A DNA stretch of 64,000 nt from Scenedesmus sp. PABB004 (lineage: Eukaryota). Below the pieces are notes generated by a model, which was not told where the DNA came from, did not search any database, and saw only the letters and a list, made by a program, of their open reading frames with translations. Of this stretch, positions 11,437-24,075 are shown piece after piece (positions within the stretch are counted from its first letter, which is position 1; the number at the start of each line of letters is the position of its first letter). The position numbers were made by a program, and so were the translations under genes. Location: contig JABVCE010000002.1 in the NCBI GenBank assembly GCA_014905635.1, positions 2,542,001 to 2,606,000 of the forward strand, read 5' to 3'.

Positions 11437-14110
11437 AGCGCTCGCAGCTGGCGGCCCTGCTGGCCTGCGTGGCAGCGCCGGTCTGCGCGTGGCCGGCGCT
11501 GCCGTGGGGCGCAGCGGCGGCGTTCAGCCGCAGCCAGATCACCCCCAACCTGCAGCGGCAGCTCCAGGGCCTGCCCTGGAGCTCGGCAGTGTGCTGGTCG
11601 GGCTGGCCCGCGCGTGGCGGAGGACGCCGGCCTGCAGGGCTGTTGAGGGCCAGCATGCTGGTTGACTTTGCTCTGCTCCCCTGCACGCAGCAGCTGCCTG
11701 CTGTGCATGCCACCAGCGGACCCGCGTCTGATGTGCGCGCACTGCAGTGGTCGAACTGACTGCTGCAGGTCTGTCTGGCCTGCAGCCTGCTCCCAATTAC
11801 TTGTCGTAATATCGCGGAGCTGCCTGGCACATTGTGTTCACGGCCTCGTGCCCCACTGTCGTCCGCAGCCGGATGTGCGCATGAGCGCTGTCGTTGTTAC
11901 AGCCATTACGGCCATGTTACAGCCATTAACGGCCCTGGCCCTTACTGTGCTGGCGGCGCTGGGCAGCCAGCCGCCGCTCGGGCAGGTCCTCCAGTCGGCG
12001 CGGGAGCGTGCCAGGTGTGCCAGGCTGCCGCCGCAGGCGAGTGAGCGGGCGCGCGAGCTAGCGGGCTGCTGGTGAGGCACTGCGTGGGGTCCAGCGCTGG
12101 CTCAGAGGTTGGCCCCGACACCGCCTGGCCAGCTGCGGGAGAGGAGCGCACGCACCGCCCAGAGAGGGGCGGCAGCCGCCTCGCTGGCCGCGAGGAGCCC
12201 CGCGCAAGGTCGCGGCGCGTGCTGAGCCGTCAGCACGAAAGCTCGGGCGTGGGCCGTCCAGCGCCCAGTCGCACTGGTCGCGTGTCGGGGCCGCGCCCGC
12301 GGTGGCGCCGCCAGCACGTTGTCCGCGCTGCAGGCAGGGCGCGCCGCGCAGCAGCCTGGCGCGTCATGCCGGCCGCTCAGCTGCACACACACGCTCCGCG
12401 GCAGACGGCAGACCGGGAGGCTGGCGGCGCCGAGCGGGCGGGGCGTGGTAGAGTGGCCTCGCCGCCTTTAGTGCCGCCCGCCTTTGCCGGCCCGCCCCGC
12501 CGTGGTCGGCGACGACAAGACCGGCGCCTGGGCTGCATTTGAGCGGGGGATCTGGTCTGAACTTCGTCTCTGCTGCCTCGTCGAGGGGAGGGAAAAGAGC
12601 GCGTGTGGGCAGGTTTTTGGCGCGAGCGGCAGCTGCGCGAGCGAGCGAGCGCCTGCTCGTCGCCGCGCGGGCTGGAGCGTGTGTCTGGCGCCGCGCAGTG
12701 CTGGCGTCGTCGTCTGGTGCAAAACGGCGCTGGCGTGCTGTACACAAGTGCCAAGGGCCGCGGCGGTTGTTGTTTGACTGAACTCCCGCGCCGCGTGGGG
12801 AGCAGGGCGCCGACACGCATCATGAAGCGCGCGCTGGGCACGAGCTCGGCGAGCCGGCTTTTCCCTCCCGTGTGAGAGGAACCCAATATCTTGGTTTTAG
12901 CACAGTCGTGTAATCAACCAACTGCCGCTTGCCCACCGCGACCTGCCGCGCGACCTTTCGGCCTGCGACTTGGTGGCCGGGCGCCGGCACCACCGCTGGC
13001 GGTGGCACCCGGCAGCCCCGGCCTGCAGCTGAGCAGCGCGCTGGCGGAGCTGGGCAGCCAGGCGCCGCTCGGGCGAGTCATCCAGATAGCCAGCGCGGGG
13101 CCCGCCGCGCCGCGCCCGCGCGCTCGCGCTGCAGGCCCCAGGTTGCCGCCGCGCGCGCGCGCCAGGCGCGCCTGGGCCGCGACGATGCGATGTGGCTCGG
13201 CAGTACCTGGGCCCTGGGGCAGCGGCTGTCGACCCCGGCGCGGCCGACCGCGGCACGGCGGCTGCAGCGGCGCCCGCGCGGCGCGGCCACCGTGGAGGCG
13301 GCCGCGTGGAGGCGGCCGAGGCTGCGGCGCGGGCTGCGGCGGCGGACACCGACGCTGCCGTGCAGCTGGACCTATGACCGGTCAAGGGCTGGTGCAGCAG
13401 CAGCTGCTGCGGGACGCAGCGCGCGAGATTCAGTCGGCGCGGGAGGCGTGCCAGGTGCACACCCAGGCCACCGCCGCGGGCGAGTGAGCGGGCGCGCGAG
13501 CTGGTGAGCTGCTGGTGAGTTGCTGCGCGGGGTCCAGCGCTGGCTCAGGGGTTGGCCCCGACACCGCCTGGCCAGCTGCGGCAGAGCGGAGCGCGAGCAG
13601 CGCCCAGAGGGGCGGCCGCTGCCGCGGCAGCGGCCGCGCTGGCTGCGAGGAGCCCCGCGCAAGGTCGCGGCGCGCACTGAGCCGTCAGCACGCAAGCTCG
13701 GTGCGTGGGCCGGCCAGCGGCCAGTGGCGCTCGTCGCGTGTCGGGGCCGCGCCCGCGGTGACATCACTTCACGTTGACCCGTCGACCGCCCGGCAGGCAG
13801 GGCGCGCCGCGCAGCAGCCTGGCGCGTCGTGCCGGCCGCCCAGCCGCACACGCTCCGCGGCAGACGGCAGGCCAGCAGGCTGCAGCGCCGAGGGGCGGGG
13901 CGTGGTAGAGTGGCCTCGCCCCCTTTGGTGCCGCCCGCCTTTGCCGCCCCGGCATGGTCTATGTAGCGACGGGCAGGCCCGCGCACCCGGGGACTCGCCC
14001 ACATGCTCGCCCACCCGCTGCTCTGACCGCGCCCACCGTGCCGCGCCGGTGCTGCGCAAGCCCTGAGCCCGCGGTGAGCCCAGGCGATCCCGCGCTCGCA
14101 GCTGCGTGGC
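11437..14110 (+). pseudogene. Patchwork of degenerate fragments of the AP2-like gene, plus a twice-repeated ~500 bp block (approx. 11990-12495 and 13430-13950)
   Basis: 11437-11560 resembles 9505-9630; 13100-13370 resembles 8180-8640, including intron; 14074-14100 equals 9893-9919. Confidence 0.7.
12513..12915 (+). repeat. Ectopic copy of the HLA3-like gene 3' end (17 nt of last exon plus 3'UTR 4357-4740)
   Basis: Near-identical to 4357-4705. Begins with CGACAAGACCGGCGCCT (=4253-4269) and ends at TGTAA (12909-12913). Confidence 0.92.
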
Positions 14111-14226
14111 ACGCGCGCTTGGCCGCGAGCACGCGGCTCACCCGCCGTGCCGCTGCCGCGCCGCTGCCGCGCCGCCGCGCCACGCAGCCCTCCACCCTCC
14201 CCCTCCCCCTCCCCACCAGCCCAGCC

Positions 14227-17200
14227 ATGGGCGTGGCCACGACGACGGAGTTCGATGGCGTGCCGCCGCTGTTCCAGTGCTTCCCGGGCCGCGCGCCGCT
14301 GCCGGTCGACAGCGAGGCCAAGGCGCGCACCATCCGGCTGTTCAGCTTTGGCCAGCCCTACATGCGCGCCTTCCACCTCAACTGGATCGCCTTCATGCTG
14401 ACCTTCATCTCCACCTTTGCGCCCGCGGTGAGCGCCTGCTCACCGCGGGCGCCGGCAGGCGCACGGCGCGCGGGCAGGGCGGCGCACATGGCGTCACGGG
14501 CGGCGCAGCGGCGTCACCTGGCGGCGGGGACGGCGGGGTCGGACGGACGCCGGCCGCCCCGCCCCGCACACCTGCGCGCGCGCCCCGCCCCGCCGCGCAG
14601 GCGCTGCTGCCTGTGATCCGCAACAACCTCGACCTCACCCGCATGGACGTCGGCAACGCCGGCATCGCCGCCGTCGTCGGCGCCGTCGGTGCGCGCGCCC
14701 GCCGCGCGCGCCCGCGCGCGCCCGCCCGCGCCCCTCGTGACGCACCCCCCGCGCGGCGCGCCCCTGCCCGCGCTGCCCGTGCCGCGCGCAGCGTCGCGCG
14801 TGGTCATGGGCAACATGGTCGACACCTTTGGCCCGCGCTTCGGCTTCTCCTTCCTCCTCCTCCTCACCAGCCCCGCCATCTTCTGCATGGCCCTGGTGCA
14901 GGGCCCCGCCGCGTTTATTGTGCTGCGCCTCTTCATCGGGTGAGACCGCCCGCCGCCGCCGCGCAGGCCCGGACGGCCCGCCGCGCGGCCCGCTCCGCGC
15001 GCTTCGGCCCCCCGCCTCGGCCGTCCTAGACCCTCACCCGCCCCCTCGCCCCGCCCCGTCGTCGTCTCGCGCCAGGTTTTCGCTCGCCGCGTTTGTGTGC
15101 TGCCAGTTCTGGTGCACCAGCATGTTCAACACCAAGATCGTCGGCTCAGCCAACGCCATCGCCGCCGGCTGGGTGCGCCGCGCCCGCGCGCGCGCGCGCG
15201 CCCCTCGCCGACGCCCCCCTCGCCGACGCGCCCGCCGCCGCCGCGCCCGCCGCCGCGCCCGCCGCCGCGCCCCCTGACACCGCGCCGCGCCGCGCCCGCC
15301 GCCGCGTCAGGGCAACATGGGCGGCGGCGTGACTCACTTCCTCATGCCCCTCATCTGGCAGGGCATCTCCGCGACCACCCCCGCCTTCCAGGCGTGGCGC
15401 TGGGCATTCTTCGTGCCCGCGTCGATGCACATCCTGCTCGGCGCCGCCATCCTGCTCACCGCGCAGGCGCGCGGCGCCGCCGCCGCGCCCCAGGCCTGCA
15501 CGCCCGCCGCCCCGCCGGCGCCGCGCCCGTGGAGGACGGGCTGACGCCCGCCCGCCCGCCCCCCGCACCCAAACCCTCGCTGCCAACCTGGGTAAAACCC
15601 TTTTTTTCACTAAACCACAGGACCTGCCGGGTGGCAACTACCGCGAGCTCATGGCCGCCAAGCTCCGGCAGCGCGACAACTCGCCCAACGCGCTGCGCGC
15701 CGCGTTGCTCAACTATCGCTCGTGGATCATGTGCATCAATTACGGGTAGGTTTAGTGTGCCCGGCGTCCAAACCAACGCCCCTCAACTCCTGTGCGCGAG
15801 GGCTCGGCCTGTGAGCCCTGAAAAACCCCAAACCCTGAGCCCTGCGCCCGCGCGCCCGCACCCCTCTTAACCCTAGGTATTGCTTTGGCATTGAGCTGGT
15901 CGTCGACAACGTCATCGTCTACTACCTGGTGCGGGGTGCAGGGTTTAGGGCCTAGGGTTAAGGGCCTAGGGTTTAGGGCCTAGGGCCGCCCTGCACGGGA
16001 CGGGCCGGCGGGGCGGAGCGCTGGAGCACCTCAGCCCGGCCGCGGCCGCGCATGAGTGCCGAGCCGCCGAGCAGCGCCTAAACCGCGCTGCCCGCCCGTG
16101 CCGCGCCGCCGCAGTATGACCAGTTCCACCTCACCCCCGTCATCGCCGGCGCGATGGGCAGCATCTTCGGTGCGCGGCCGACGCGCTGCGCCGCCGCGCC
16201 GCGCGCCTCGGCCGGCGCGCTGCCGCGGCGCACTGTGCTGCCCGCCTCGCGCGCACTCCGCCGCCGTGCCCCGACCCTGCGTGAGCCCCTCCTCCCGCTT
16301 GCCACCCCCCAGGCATGATGAACCTGTTCACGCGCGCGAGTGGCGGCATGATCTCAGGTGCGCGCCCCGCGCCGCACCGCCTCGGCCGCCGCCGCGCTCA
16401 CGCCCTGCGCCCCGCGACCCGCGCCCCGCGCTCACGCCCCGCGCGCCGCCCGCGCCCGCGCCCGCGCGCAGACCTCGCGGCGCGGCACTACGGCATGCGC
16501 GGCCGCCTGTGGGCGCTGTGGACGATCCAGACGCTCGGCGGCGTGTTCTGCCTGCTCCTGGGCGTGTCGGCCGTCTACAGCAGCCTGGCCATCACCATGG
16601 TCGTGCTCGTGATCTTCTCGGTCTGGTGCCAGCAGGCGTGCGGCCTCAGCTGCGGCGTCGCGCCGTTTGTGAGCAAGCGCTCGACCGGCCTCGTCTACGG
16701 CCTCGTCGGCGCGGGCGGAAACACCGGCGCGGCGGTCACGCAGGCCATCTTCTTCACTTACCTCCCCCTCTCCACCACCCAGGTGCGGGCGCGGCGGCGG
16801 GTGGGCGCGGCTCCCGCGCCCGAGCCGCCGCCCGCCGGGCCGCCCGCCGCGCGGCCGCCTGCCCGCCTGCCTCACGCGTGCCCCGCCCCGCCCCGCGCAG
16901 GGCTTCTTTTGGCTGGGCGTCATGGTGCGGCCGGCCGGCAGGGGGCGCCAGCGCCAGGGATTGGGGTTTAGGGTTGCCCCGTGGCCCCGCTGCAGACCAT
17001 GCGCGCCGCTGCGTGGGCAAGGCGCGCTTCGCGTGACAGGGCCCGCCGCCGCTCCCCTAGGTCATTGGGATGACCTCCCTCTATGCCCTGGTCTATTTCC
17101 CCATGTGGGGCGGCATGTTCTGCGGGCCCAAGCCGGGCGTCACCGAGGAGGTGCGCGCGCCGGGCGCCCCGGGGCGGCGATCACGCGGCAATTAAGCGCG

Positions 17201-17415
17201 CCGCGGGCCCGCCCACGCGCGCCGCGTGCGAAACGCCGCCGCAGGACTACTACCTGTCTGAGTACACCCCGGCGGAGATTGCGGGCGGCCTGCACAGCAA
17301 CTCCCTCAAGTTTGCATTCGAGAGCCGCTCCGAGCGCGGCTGGGCGGCCGGCGCGGCCAAGGGCGCGGCCGAGCCGCCGGTCAAGCCGGTGCACGTCGCC
17401 GCCGGCACCGCCTAG
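14227..17415 (+). CDS. NRT2: High-affinity nitrate/nitrite transporter, NRT2 (NNP) family; 13 exons including a 24-nt micro-exon (16901-16924)
   Basis: LPVDSEAKA...[15 protein letters not shown]; nitrate signature [85 protein letters not shown]. Confidence 0.95.
15941..15985 (+). repeat. Interstitial telomere-like repeat (GGGTTTA/GGGCCTA) in an NRT2 intron
   Basis: gggtttagggcctagggttaagggcctagggtttagggcctaggg. Confidence 0.8.
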
Positions 17416-17948
17416 GGAGGGAACGGAGTGTGTGTGTGCATGTGTGTGTGTGTGCGAGAGCGGGGACTGTCCAGCTGCCGGGCACGCACACAATGCGCGC
17501 GGCGCCTGCCGCGCGCCCGAACCAACCCGTCTCCTCTCCGCTGGCCGGATGAATAAAAACTGCTGCTGTGCCCCTCAGGGTCGCTGTTGTACGTGCTGCA
17601 TCGAATTGCCGCGCGCGGCGGCCGCGCGTCGCGCGCCAGCCGGGGGCTCCGAACCCAACGCAGTCGCTAGAGAGGTCTGAGGAATATTAGGAGGCTCTGG
17701 GAGCGCTGAGGCACTCCAGGAGGCTGCGCGGGTTTTAACGCGGCGGCGTACGCGCAGCGGCGGCGGCGTCGTCGGGTGACTGCTGGCCGTCCGCCGCCCC
17801 GCCACTCCTCCCGCGCTCCCGGAGGCTCGGCCCTCCCCGGACCCGCGCCAGACGGCGGGGCGCTGAGCGCCCGCGGCGCAGCGACAGCAGCGGCCGCAGA
17901 CCGTGCGCTGCGGGCCGCCGCCGCTCCCGTTCGCCGCTACGGGGCGTC

Positions 17949-19401
17949 ATGGACGTGCTCGCCAAGGGCGCCTCGCTGCTGGCCACGCAGGCGTGGTGCG
18001 CGGCGCGGGCGGCGGCGGCGCTGCCGCGCTTCCTCGCGTGCACCGCTGCTCGCGCGCCGCCGCCGCCGCACCCGGGCTGCACCTGGTTCGAGGGCGCCGT
18101 CACCCACGCCCGGCGGCGGCCGGTGGAGAACAGCTTCGAGTGAGCGTGCGCGAGCGGGCGCAGCGGCAGCGGGGGCGGGCGCGGGCGGGCGCGCGGGCGT
18201 CACCCCGCGCGCCGCCGCCGCAGGTACGCCGTGCGCATGGCCCTGGTGGACCTGGACCAGCCGTCGCCCTGGTTTGAGGCGCACCAGGCAGCTGACCACA
18301 TGACCGCCGACGCGGCGCGCGCGTTCGCGCAGACGGACGGTGCGGCCGGCGGCGGCGCTTGCTGGCGCTTGCTGGCGGGCGGCGCCGCAGCCCGCGCGCC
18401 GCTCACGCGCCGCCCATGCGCCGCGCGCAGGTCGCGTGCTGCTGCTGACGACCGCCGCCGTGGCGGGCTACGCCCAAAACCCCATCAGCGTGTACTACTG
18501 CCACGACGCCCAGGGCCGCCTCGCGCGGGCCATCGCCGAGGCGCGCGCCGCGCGGCGCCGCGCGTCGCCGCGCGGGCCGGCCGCCGCCGCCGTTGTTTTG
18601 CCTTTCCTGCTGCCGCCGACGCGGCCGACGCGCGCGCGCGTCGCGCGCAGGTCACCAACACGCCGTGGGGCGAGCGCGTGACGTTTTGCTTCGACCCCGC
18701 CGGCGACGCCAGCCCCAAGGCGCTGCACGTGAGCCCCTTCATGGACATGGCCAACACCTGGTGCGCCCCGCGGCGCCGCCGGCGGCAGGCGCAGGCGCAG
18801 AGGCGCGGGCGCGCGCGGCGGCGCGCCGCTCGCGCCGACACGCCTCCGCCCCCGCCGCCCCGCGGCGCCGCCGCCGTGGCAGGCAACTCAAGGCGAGCGC
18901 GCCGGGCGGGCCCGGCCCGCTGAGCGTGTCTGTGCTGGTGAAGCACCCGGCGCTGGGGGCCTACTTTGACGCGCACCTGCTGCTGCGGCGCTGCCCCGAC
19001 GACCAGCAGTGCCCGCCGGAGCAGGGCGGCCTGGCCAGCCTGCTGCGGTGCGCGGCGGTGCAGGCGTGCACGGGGCGCAGCGGGGCGCACGGCGGCGCAC
19101 GGGGCTGGCGGCCGGCTGCGCCCCGCGCTCGGGACCGCCCGTGGCGCCCTCCCTTGCGCGTCACGCCGCTCCCTCCCTCGTGCTGCCCGCCGCCCCACAC
19201 AGGTTTGGCTTCATGCCGCAGCGCGTGGCGCTCTGGATCTACTGGCAGGCGGTCGTGCTGCTGGCCAAGGGCTGCCCCGTGCAGCCCAAGCCCTCGGACG
19301 CCTTCCAGGCGGCCGTGAGCGCCAGCACCGGCATCAAGCCCGGCGGCGCGGGCTGCCCCTACGTGTGGCGGCCAGCGCTGGTCTGGCCCTGGTACCTGTG
19401 A
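17949..19401 (+). CDS. DUF1365 family protein (6 exons)
   Basis: G.V.H.R..P...F.Y; QNPISVYYC; IAEVTNTPWGER; KALHVSPFMDM; PQRVALWIYWQA. Confidence 0.9.
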
Positions 19402-19595
19402 GCGGATGCGCTGCACCGAGCGCGATCGCCGCCCGCGGCCCCGCGCCGCGAGGCGCCGGGCGCGGCCCCCGAACCCAACCCTGACACCAGCACTGCGCTC
19501 GGCGCTCACGCGATCGGTCACACCACGTGTAACACGCAGCGTGCGCTCGCACGGAGCATGCGCCCCGCGCCGACGCGCCGTCGCCGCGCGCCGCG

Positions 19596-20890
19596 TCACT
19601 GCCAGGGCGAGAACGGCACGCTGCGCAGCAGGCTGGTCTGGAACTGCTGCACGCCCGGCGTGACCGCGGCGATTGTGTCGCGCCACTTTGGCACCTTCCG
19701 TGCCGACTCGCGCGCGCTGGCGCGCAGTCAGTCGGCGGCGGCGGCGGCGGTCAGTGTGCGCGCGCGCGCGGCGGGCGCGCGGCGGCGGCGGCGCACCGGA
19801 TGCAGCCCGCGGCGGATGGGTAGCGCCAGAGCTCGACCACCTGGTTCAGCACGCCGACGTCGCTGTGCGCAAACGCGACCAGCCGGCCGTCCGCGTCGGC
19901 CGCGACCTTGTCCGGCAGCCTGACGCCGCGCGCCGGCCGGCGGCGGTGCGGGGCGGCGGGAGGGGCGCTCGCACTCACGCCGACGCCGTGCAGCGGCGGC
20001 ACAGCGCCGGGCGGCGGCGCGCCGCGCGGCGGCGCGCACCCGTCGGCGAACGCGGCGAGCAGCTTTGGCACCGAGCCGTAGCCCGGGTGGAGCTGGTACT
20101 GGCGCAGCTCGTACACGGGCGACCCCTCGGGCGCTGCGCCGGCGGGGCCGCGCGGGCTGGCAAAGCCCGCCGCGCCGGGCAGGCCGAGCGCGGCGTAGAC
20201 GGGGGCAGACTCGAGCATGATGCGAGACGACTGCCAAGGTGGGGGGGGGCAAGGGGGTCGGCGTATTGTTGGCGGCGCACAGGGGGCGGCTCGCCCCAGC
20301 CACGTGACGGCCCCGCGCCGCGCACCTGGCGCGCGACGTGGGGGCGGCTCTCGTCGATAAACTCCTGCCACCCCACGTCGCGGGCGGCCGCCGCGCGCAC
20401 CGCCTCGCGCTGCGCCAGGTCCTGCGCGCGGCGCGGCGCGTCGGCGCCGCGACGGAGCCGGCCACGTCGCTGCTGGGCCGTGTGCGGCTGCCGCGGGCGC
20501 GCAACGCGTTTGCGCACCTTGTAATGGTACAGATGCGTGACTGTGTTCAGGTCGCCGCCGGTGTCGCACGTGAACATGCTGCGGGCGCCGCGGCGGTGGG
20601 TGCGGCGTCAGCGGCACGCGCCGCGCGCAGGCAGGCAGGCGGCAGCTTGCGGCCACGCACCCCAGGAACGGCAGCAGCCTGCCGCGCAGCTCCGCTGCCT
20701 CCGCCGCGAGGGCCATGAAGGCTTTGAAGCCCGCGGGGTGCAGCGTGTACTCCCGAATCTCGAGCAGCCCCGGGCCCGCTGCAGCAGTCGCAAAGCCCGG
20801 CGACGCGGCGCCGCTGCCGGCGGCCAGCGCGCGCCACGCGGCGCCGCCGAGGCCGGCCCGGCGCAGGGCGGCGGCGGTGGCGGTGAGCAT
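19596..20890 (-). CDS. NIPSNAP family protein, probably mitochondrial
   Basis: Two NIPSNAP repeats (EIREYTLHP...GDLNTVTHLYHY and YELRQYQLHPG...DVGVLNQVVELWRY) and the C-terminal PFSPWQ. Arg/Ala-rich presequence. Confidence 0.92.
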
Positions 20891-21161
20891 GATCACGGTG
20901 ACGCCGGCGTGGGAGGGCAGGGCCCGGGGGGGGGGGGGGTGTCGCCCGTGCCTGCGTCGGCGCGCCGCGGGGTGCCGCCGCCGTCCCGCGCCGCTTGCTG
21001 TGCCGCCGCGGTTTTCTCGCCCCACACTCTTTGCTCCTGGCCGCGTTCGGTTCGCCCGGCCGCTCCCCCGACGCGCCACCCCGCCACACCGAGCCGGGCC
21101 CGCAAACGCACGCGCCGCGCTCTTGCCGCGCTCGCTGCCGCGCTTCCCGCGCGAGTTCCTC

Positions 21162-21531
21162 ATGTTGGGCCAGCGCAGCGCCCTCGCGACGACCCAGCCC
21201 AGGCGCGGGCCGGCGGCCGCGCTGCCGCGCTGCCGCGTCGCGGCGGGGCGCGGGCAGGGCTGCTTCCGAGATGATGCTGCGCGTCGCGGAGGCGCCGCGC
21301 GACGCCGCCGGCCCGCGCCCGCCCCTCTCGCAGGGCCGTCGCTGCTGGCAGCGTGCGCGTCGCCAGGACGGCCGCCCGCAACAGCCGCAGTGCGTGGCGG
21401 GGGTTGCGGGCGCGCCGCCGCTGCTGCCGCGGGCGGCGCGCGGCGCGATCTGGGGCGCCGCGCCGCTGGGCCCGCCCGCGCGCCCGGCCCGGGCCTGGAT
21501 CGGGGCCCGGGCGCCTGATCGTCGCCGCCGC

Positions 21532-21624
<93 letters not shown>

Positions 21625-22895
21625 GCAGGCCGGCAGGTGGCTGCCGGCGCGGCGAGCAGCCCCGCGTGGGCGGCGTGGAACGACTGCCTCCCGCAGTGGA
21701 CGAGCAGCACGACCAACCTGCCCGCGCCCAATGCGGCCGACCGCAGCGCGCTCGCGGCGGCGGTCAAGGCCGCGGCGGTGAGCTTCAAGCCCAAGCCGAC
21801 ACTCAAAATTCCGGATATCGATGATCTGCCAGAGGTCCCCAAGAACCTCCACAAGCGCCTCGAGCTCGTCGCGCGCGTGCAGCTGGCACACTACCTCGGC
21901 ACCAGCCTCGCGGTGCGGCGCACGCACTCACGCACATGCACGCGCACGCGTGGCCGCGGCACGCGGCGGCGGCGGACCGCGCAGCGGCGGCAGAGAGCGC
22001 GGCGGCGTGCGGCCCACGGCGCCGCTGCGCCGCCGCTGCGCAGGAGGTGCCCGCGACCATCCAGGAGTTCACGACGACCGACATCGCCGCCGCCTGCAGC
22101 GCCGCCGGCGTGGTGGTCAAGGCCGGCGCCAGCAAGCGGGTGCGGCGCGCCGCGCGCAGGGCCGCGCGCCGCACGCAGCGCCGGGCGCGCTCGCCGACCT
22201 CGCGCCGACCCCGCGCCGGCCGCGCCAGGCGCTGGTGAGCCTGGTGGTGACCGAGACGGAGCGCCAGATGACCTGGTCGCGCCTGGAGGGCCTGCTGCTG
22301 CACTGGGCCGTCACGCGCGCGCCGCCGCCGGCCGAGAAGTGGGAGCTGCCGCCGCGCGGCTGGAAGACGCTGCCGGACACGACCGTCGACGCGGGCGGCG
22401 CGTGGCAGACGGTGCTGGAGAAGCACCCGCTCCCCGAGCCCGACGGCACGATGGGCCCCGCGCCGATGTACACGACGCTCCTCTCCCTGCCGCTCGAGGT
22501 GCGGCGGGGCTGGCGCGCCGCGGGCAGCGGCGGCGCGCCCGCGCGCGCGCGCAGGGCCCCGGCGCACGCTGTGCGCGCTCACCAGCTCGCGGCCGCCCCC
22601 GCGCGCGCCGCGCGCGCCGCGCAGGGCCCGCTGGCGGAGGGCGGGCTCATCTTTGTGCTCAAGAGCGGCAGCACCGGCCAGAACACCAAGTGGCTCAAGG
22701 CACGGGGGGCGCGCTGCGGGCGCGGGCGGCGCGGCGCGGCAGCGCGCTCGACGCGCGGGGTGGTGACGGCGCGGCAGCGCGCGGCCGGCTCTCGCCCCAC
22801 GCCGCCGCCCGCCTGCCCGCCCGCCTGTCGCGCAGGACGCGGCCAAGGGCACCGACTTCTTCCTGGACCTGCAGACGCTCAACGCCATGAAGTGA
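21162..22895 (+). CDS. Putative plastid protein with a single C-terminal CBM45-like (GWD/AMY3-type) starch-binding module
   Basis: LLLHWAV...KWELPPRGW...AWQT...LIFVLKSG...KWLKD...GTDFFLDL. Transit-peptide-like N-terminus (MLGQRSALATTQPRR) splices in phase 0 from 21389 to 21637. Confidence 0.65.
21523..21624. repeat. (GCC)n microsatellite, ~33 units, intronic
   Basis: Visible run with one interruption. Confidence 0.95.
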
Positions 22896-23229
22896 GCCGC
22901 GCCGCGGGGGCGGGCGGCAGCTTGCGTGCTGCCGCGCGGTCTCCCTGCGCGAGCGGCGGCGAACGCGCGGGGCTGCACGGGGTCCTGCGCCGGGGGAGCG
23001 GGAGCAGGGGGGGGGGGCTCTGCACTCGTGTTGTGACGGGCTGGCTGGCAACACGGCGACGACCGCGAGCGCGGCGGCGCGGGGTCCGCCGCCGCCCGGG
23101 GGTTCTCAGCGCGCATGGCAGCCATCGCGCCGCAGCCGCCGGCAGCCCACAGTCCTCCCGCCGCGTCGCCGGCAGCCACACAGCGCCCCCGAGCGCGCCC
23201 ACCCCCACGCCGACAGCCGTCTTCCCACG

Positions 23230-24031
23230 ATGCCGCCCGCCAGCTCCGCGCCGACCTGCCCCGCGCCCCCCGCCTCCGTCGCGCGCATGACCGTGTTTGC
23301 GTCCTTCGGCCGCAGCGAGCTGGCGGGCGAACAGTGCGTAGTATGTGAATAAGGACGCCAAGGAGTCGAGCCACAGGTGCGGCGCCCCGCCCCGCGCGCT
23401 ACACGCCCCGCCGCGGCCGGCCCGGGCGCTCGGCGCTGTCGGCGCGTCACGGCCTCCGCCAGGCGGCGGCGGCGGCCCGCCGCGGGCGCTGGCGGCGCCG
23501 GGCCGAGCGGCAGCAGCGGCGCGCTGATGCGGCGGCGCGCCGCGGCGGCTGTGGGTGGCCGGCAGCCCCCACCCCCACTCCTCCGGGGCGTGCGTGCGGC
23601 AGGCGGTGCGCCCCCGATCGCCGCGCCGCCGCTCACGCGCTCACGCGCCGCCGCGATGCGGCCGCCGCGCCGCACCCAGGTGCTGCGCGGAGCGCAGCCT
23701 GCTCAACGCGTGGATCGTGCGCGCGGGCAAGCAGAACGTGCCGCGCCACCAGGTGGTGCACTGGGTGCGGCGCAAGGCGGGCGGGGAGCTCACGGTCTGG
23801 CGGCGCCTCGCCGACGGCTCGCTCGGCTGCAGCGTGCCGTGCGTGCTCTGCCGCGAGCTCCTGCTCGCGTTTGACCTGCGCGTGCGCTGCGTCATCGCGC
23901 CGGGCCGCGTCTTCACGGGCCGCATGACCGACCCCGGCGCGCCCGCGTCCAAGCCCACCTCGGGGCAGGAGCGGCTGCTCGGGCTCGGCCGCGGCGCCGC
24001 GCCGCGGCTGGCGCCGGCGCCGCACCAGCAC

Positions 24032-24075
<44 letters not shown>

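Noticed and set aside
15941..15985. Chromosome end or telomerase RNA template
   Set aside because: A short, degenerate tract inside an NRT2 intron with no supporting gene structure.
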